A DNA stretch of 40,349 nt from Alistipes sp. Lineage in GTDB: Bacteria > Bacteroidota > Bacteroidia > Bacteroidales > Rikenellaceae. The position numbers and the translations under genes were made by a program. Below, piece by piece: positions 37,483 to 40,349 of the stretch. The notes beneath the pieces are model-generated. The model was not told the DNA's origin and made no database searches. It saw nothing but the letters and a program-made list of their open reading frames with translations. Position 1 is the stretch's first letter. The number at the start of each line of letters is the position of its first letter. The stretch spans positions 1 through 40,349 of the forward strand of contig JAFXHB010000083.1 of NCBI GenBank assembly GCA_017536605.1. The letters are read 5' to 3'.

Positions 37483-37830
37483 ATGAGAAAGATATTGTAC
37501 ATATTTATATGCTTATTTGCACTCACTGCAACGAGTTGCGACAAATATAGCTTATTCGGTAACTCTTGGGTAACTATCGAGTATGACTATGAGGATTACT
37601 ATATTTTCAAGTATAAAGATTTAAAAGTTACCTACAATGGAAAAGAGTACAATTCAATTGGTAGATATAAAGTTCCAGAAGGCTCAATAGTGAAATTGGA
37701 ATGGTATTGGGATAATGAGCACGCAGGAGCAGATACATGGAAAAAAGCCTCATATGAAGTAAGTGCCATTGGCTCAATGAGTATAGTAATTGAAGGAGGA
37801 GATGCACATGTTACATTCAAGAACAAGTAA
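37483..37830 (+). CDS. Hypothetical lipoprotein (115 aa), AT-rich
   Basis: MRKILYIFICLFALTATSC-DK lipobox; beta-rich mature part. Confidence 0.72.
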   Translation: MRKILYIFICLFALTATSCDKYSLFGNSWVTIEYDYEDYYIFKYKDLKVTYNGKEYNSIGRYKVPEGSIVKLEWYWDNEHAGADTWKKASYEVSAIGSMSIVIEGGDAHVTFKNK

Positions 37831-37912
37831 CCAATAATTGTTATGATGCACCAAAGTAGATAACTCCTAAATTAGTATAATTATGCTAAATTTAACTATC
37901 TTTGTGGTAGTT

Positions 37913-39379
37913 ATGAGGCGTATATTGGAGAATCTACGAAATCGTATTGCAGAGATACCGATGGCGATAGTGATGTTGCTATTTGCCCTCGGTATCTCTT
38001 TTGCTGAATATATCTGCCTGCCGATGTGGCTGTGTATAACGATAGTGCTATCATCGCTTCTTGGAGTGCTGTTTGTTCGTGGTATGTGGCAGAGGTTGGC
38101 GGTTGCGATATTGGTTGTGTCGCTTGGTGTAACACTGCACTCGCTCTCCTATGTGGGAGAGGTGCCGTACAATCGTCCGCTGGATATGACGCTCAAAATC
38201 ACGCGCTCAACGACGGTGCGTGGCGACTATGCAGGTGCGGAGGCGACCATCTGCGAGTGTGAAGAGCCCTCGCTTGTGGGACGTATGGTTGTGGTGTGGT
38301 GCGACTCGGCAACAACCCTTACGGCGCGGGACCGCATCTCTCTACGGCAGAAGATTCGCCCCTTCCGCGAGGAGCGCAGGGCGTATGCCGAACTGATGCA
38401 CCACAGGGGTTTTGTAGGTGCTACAACCATCTACCCACAACAGCACTTTACGCTTACGCCTGCCCGCTACACCTCGTTGCACGATTGGGCTACGGAGCGA
38501 CTACGTGAGCAGATACCTGCGGGCGATGCGCGGGCTGTGGTGTTGGCGATGGTTACGGGTTATCGTGGTGAGATAGATACCGCCTTGCGCGAGAAGTATG
38601 CCCTGTCGGGTGCTTCGCACCTCTTGGCGGTGTCGGGACTCCATATAGGCATTGTCTTTATGCTGATAAATATCTTGTTATTGCCGCTGTTGCTCCTCAC
38701 ATACGGTAAGGTGGCGAGGTCGGTATTGGCTATTTTGCTGATTTGGTTGTATGTGGTGTTGTGTGGCGCACCTCCGAGTGCGATACGCGCTGCGGTGATG
38801 TTTTCGCTCTTGCAGATAGCCCTCTCTTCGCCCTATCGCTATCTATCGTTGAATGTACTCGCCGGCACAGCCCTTATTATGGCGATGTTTGATACACACC
38901 TTATATTTGACATCTCGTTTCAACTCTCCTTCTTGGCAGTTGCGGGCATACTCCTTTGGGCAGTCCCTGCCTGTCGGTTGTTGAGGACTCCTTACCGCTT
39001 GGTAAATGGTGTTGTGGCGGTGCTATTGGTTGGTGTATCTTCCACAGTAGCAACCCTCCCGATTGTGTCGGAGAGTTTTGGCATCGTGTCGCTTATTGGT
39101 GTGATAATCAACCCGATAGTGATTGCTCTGGCTAATGTGTTGGTTGTGGCAGGCGTTTTTACGATGTTGATTCCGATACCTGTCGTGGCGAGCCTTACGG
39201 AGGGTGTCGCGCATCTGCAAAATACGATTGTGGAGTGGGTGCAGTCGCTTCCGTGGGGATACTTTGAGTATAAGATGCCGGAGTGGCTCGTGTGGGTAAT
39301 ATATCTTGTATTTGCAGCAATAACCCTATTTGTTTGGTCAATAAAGCGCGAGAGGCGTTCAGAAATTGCGGATTATTAG
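37913..39379 (+). CDS. comEC: ComEC/Rec2 competence (DNA uptake) membrane protein without the C-terminal MBL domain
   Basis: SGASHLLAVSGLHIG, PSAIRAAVM, FDISFQLSFLAV; multi-TM; TATCTTTG promoter element at 37897-37904 supports the 37913 start. Confidence 0.9.
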   Translation: MRRILENLRNRIAEIPMAIVMLLFALGISFAEYICLPMWLCITIVLSSLLGVLFVRGMWQRLAVAILVVSLGVTLHSLSYVGEVPYNRPLDMTLKITRSTTVRGDYAGAEATICECEEPSLVGRMVVVWCDSATTLTARDRISLRQKIRPFREERRAYAELMHHRGFVGATTIYPQQHFTLTPARYTSLHDWATERLREQIPAGDARAVVLAMVTGYRGEIDTALREKYALSGASHLLAVSGLHIGIVFMLINILLLPLLLLTYGKVARSVLAILLIWLYVVLCGAPPSAIRAAVMFSLLQIALSSPYRYLSLNVLAGTALIMAMFDTHLIFDISFQLSFLAVAGILLWAVPACRLLRTPYRLVNGVVAVLLVGVSSTVATLPIVSESFGIVSLIGVIINPIVIALANVLVVAGVFTMLIPIPVVASLTEGVAHLQNTIVEWVQSLPWGYFEYKMPEWLVWVIYLVFAAITLFVWSIKRERRSEIADY

Positions 39380-39391
39380 TACCTTTGCACT

Positions 39392-40349
39392 ATGATAGGC
39401 AGTGAAGAGTTGGAATTTCTCCTTGGCGAGGAGGCGCGTAGGTTGATAGAGCAGAATATCGACCGCAACCCGATAGATATTGCCCTTGCAAAGGGCGTAT
39501 CTCACGCGGCGGTGGTGGCTACGCAGGTGAAACGCTTGCAGCGTGCCAGAAAAAAACTCCCCTCCTACTACGCCTGTCGTGCAATACTGCCTCCACGAGC
39601 ATACGAGCAGTCATCAAGCGAGGAGTGCGCCCTGCGTAAGCCATTGAGTGGTGATTCGGTCTTGGACTTGACGTGTGGCTTGGGTGTGGATAGCGTCGCT
39701 CTGTCGCACCACTTCAAGAGTGTGGTGTCCATTGAGCGAGATGAGGTTGTGGCGAGCGTTGCAAGGGAGAATTTCAAGCGTTTGGGCATTGAGAATATAG
39801 AGGTTGTCTGCACCTCGGCAGAGGAGTATCTTGCCAAGTGCGACCGCCACTTTGATTGGTGCTTTGTGGACCCTGACCGCAGGGGTGCGTCGGGGGAGAA
39901 GATGGTGCGCTTGGAGGAGTGTTCGCCGAATATCGTCGCTCTGATGCCGCAGATTCGCGAAAAGGCAGACCGCGTCTGTGTGAAGTGTTCGCCGATGTTT
40001 GACGTGGAGGAGGCGTTCCGTCTGTTTGGAGATTGTCGCGTGGAGTGCGTATCGCTTGCGGGTGAGGCGAAGGAGGTCAATATCTACCTTGACGGTGGCT
40101 CGGCTCGCCTCTCGGCTGTGGCGGTGTCGCTCGGCGAGGTGGAGTATCCATACGAGGAGCGCAAGGCGGAGTTTGCACCCACGCCAAAGACCTTTGACGA
40201 GTATAGATATGTGGTGTTGCCCGATGTGTCGTTGCAACATACGCGACTTGTGGCGCGAGCCTTTCGCGGAGTATGCGATGTCTGGTCAAATGGGGGTGTA
40301 GCACTCTCGCGTGAGGAGCCGAAGGGGGTGCTTGGACGTATCTTTGTGG
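39392..40349 (+). CDS. Class I SAM-dependent methyltransferase (partial, runs off the window)
   Basis: Manual translation MIGSEELEFL...KKLPSY...EQSSSE...VLDLTCGLGVD...FVDPDRR...KCSPMFD; missing from the ORF track because there is no stop in the window. Confidence 0.85.
   Translation, partial: MIGSEELEFLLGEEARRLIEQNIDRNPIDIALAKGVSHAAVVATQVKRLQRARKKLPSYYACRAILPPRAYEQSSSEECALRKPLSGDSVLDLTCGLGVDSVALSHHFKSVVSIERDEVVASVARENFKRLGIENIEVVCTSAEEYLAKCDRHFDWCFVDPDRRGASGEKMVRLEECSPNIVALMPQIREKADRVCVKCSPMFDVEEAFRLFGDCRVECVSLAGEAKEVNIYLDGGSARLSAVAVSLGEVEYPYEERKAEFAPTPKTFDEYRYVVLPDVSLQHTRLVARAFRGVCDVWSNGGVALSREEPKGVLGRIFV

Noticed and set aside
39568-40304. ORF-track ORFs at the right end
   Set aside because: Shadows of the unlisted plus-strand methyltransferase that starts at 39392.

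Overview
Chromosomal window from a Bacteroidota anaerobe, most likely Rikenellaceae/Alistipes-like (inferred from TAnnTTTG promoters, the moxR-bat cluster and futalosine-pathway mqnA). Bases 1-27.3 kb and 37.9-40.3 kb are ordinary housekeeping genes: recN (partial), coaBC, rpoZ, bamD, asd, class A PBP, a large outer-membrane protein, SUI1/YciH, a DUF4435/TOPRIM protein, DHH phosphoesterase, MsbA-like ABC transporter, gcvH, birA, RidA, dsbD, cysteine desulfidase, batB/A/C-DUF58-moxR, tdk, corA, mqnA, comEC and a SAM methyltransferase (partial). The standout is a compact ~8.9 kb, 11-gene, single-strand operon (27703-36630) of tailed-phage structural and lysis genes: putative tail components, Clp-type head protease, major capsid, tail tube, portal, head-tail adaptor, holin and endolysin. 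It has a host-type promoter and a terminator, intact ORFs and host-like codon use. No integrase, repressor, replication genes, terminase, tape-measure gene or att repeats are recognisable. It looks like a domesticated virion module, i.e. a candidate gene transfer agent or other phage-derived particle. It is followed by a small AT-rich two-lipoprotein islet and comEC. All calls come from motif recognition by eye; no database searches were run.
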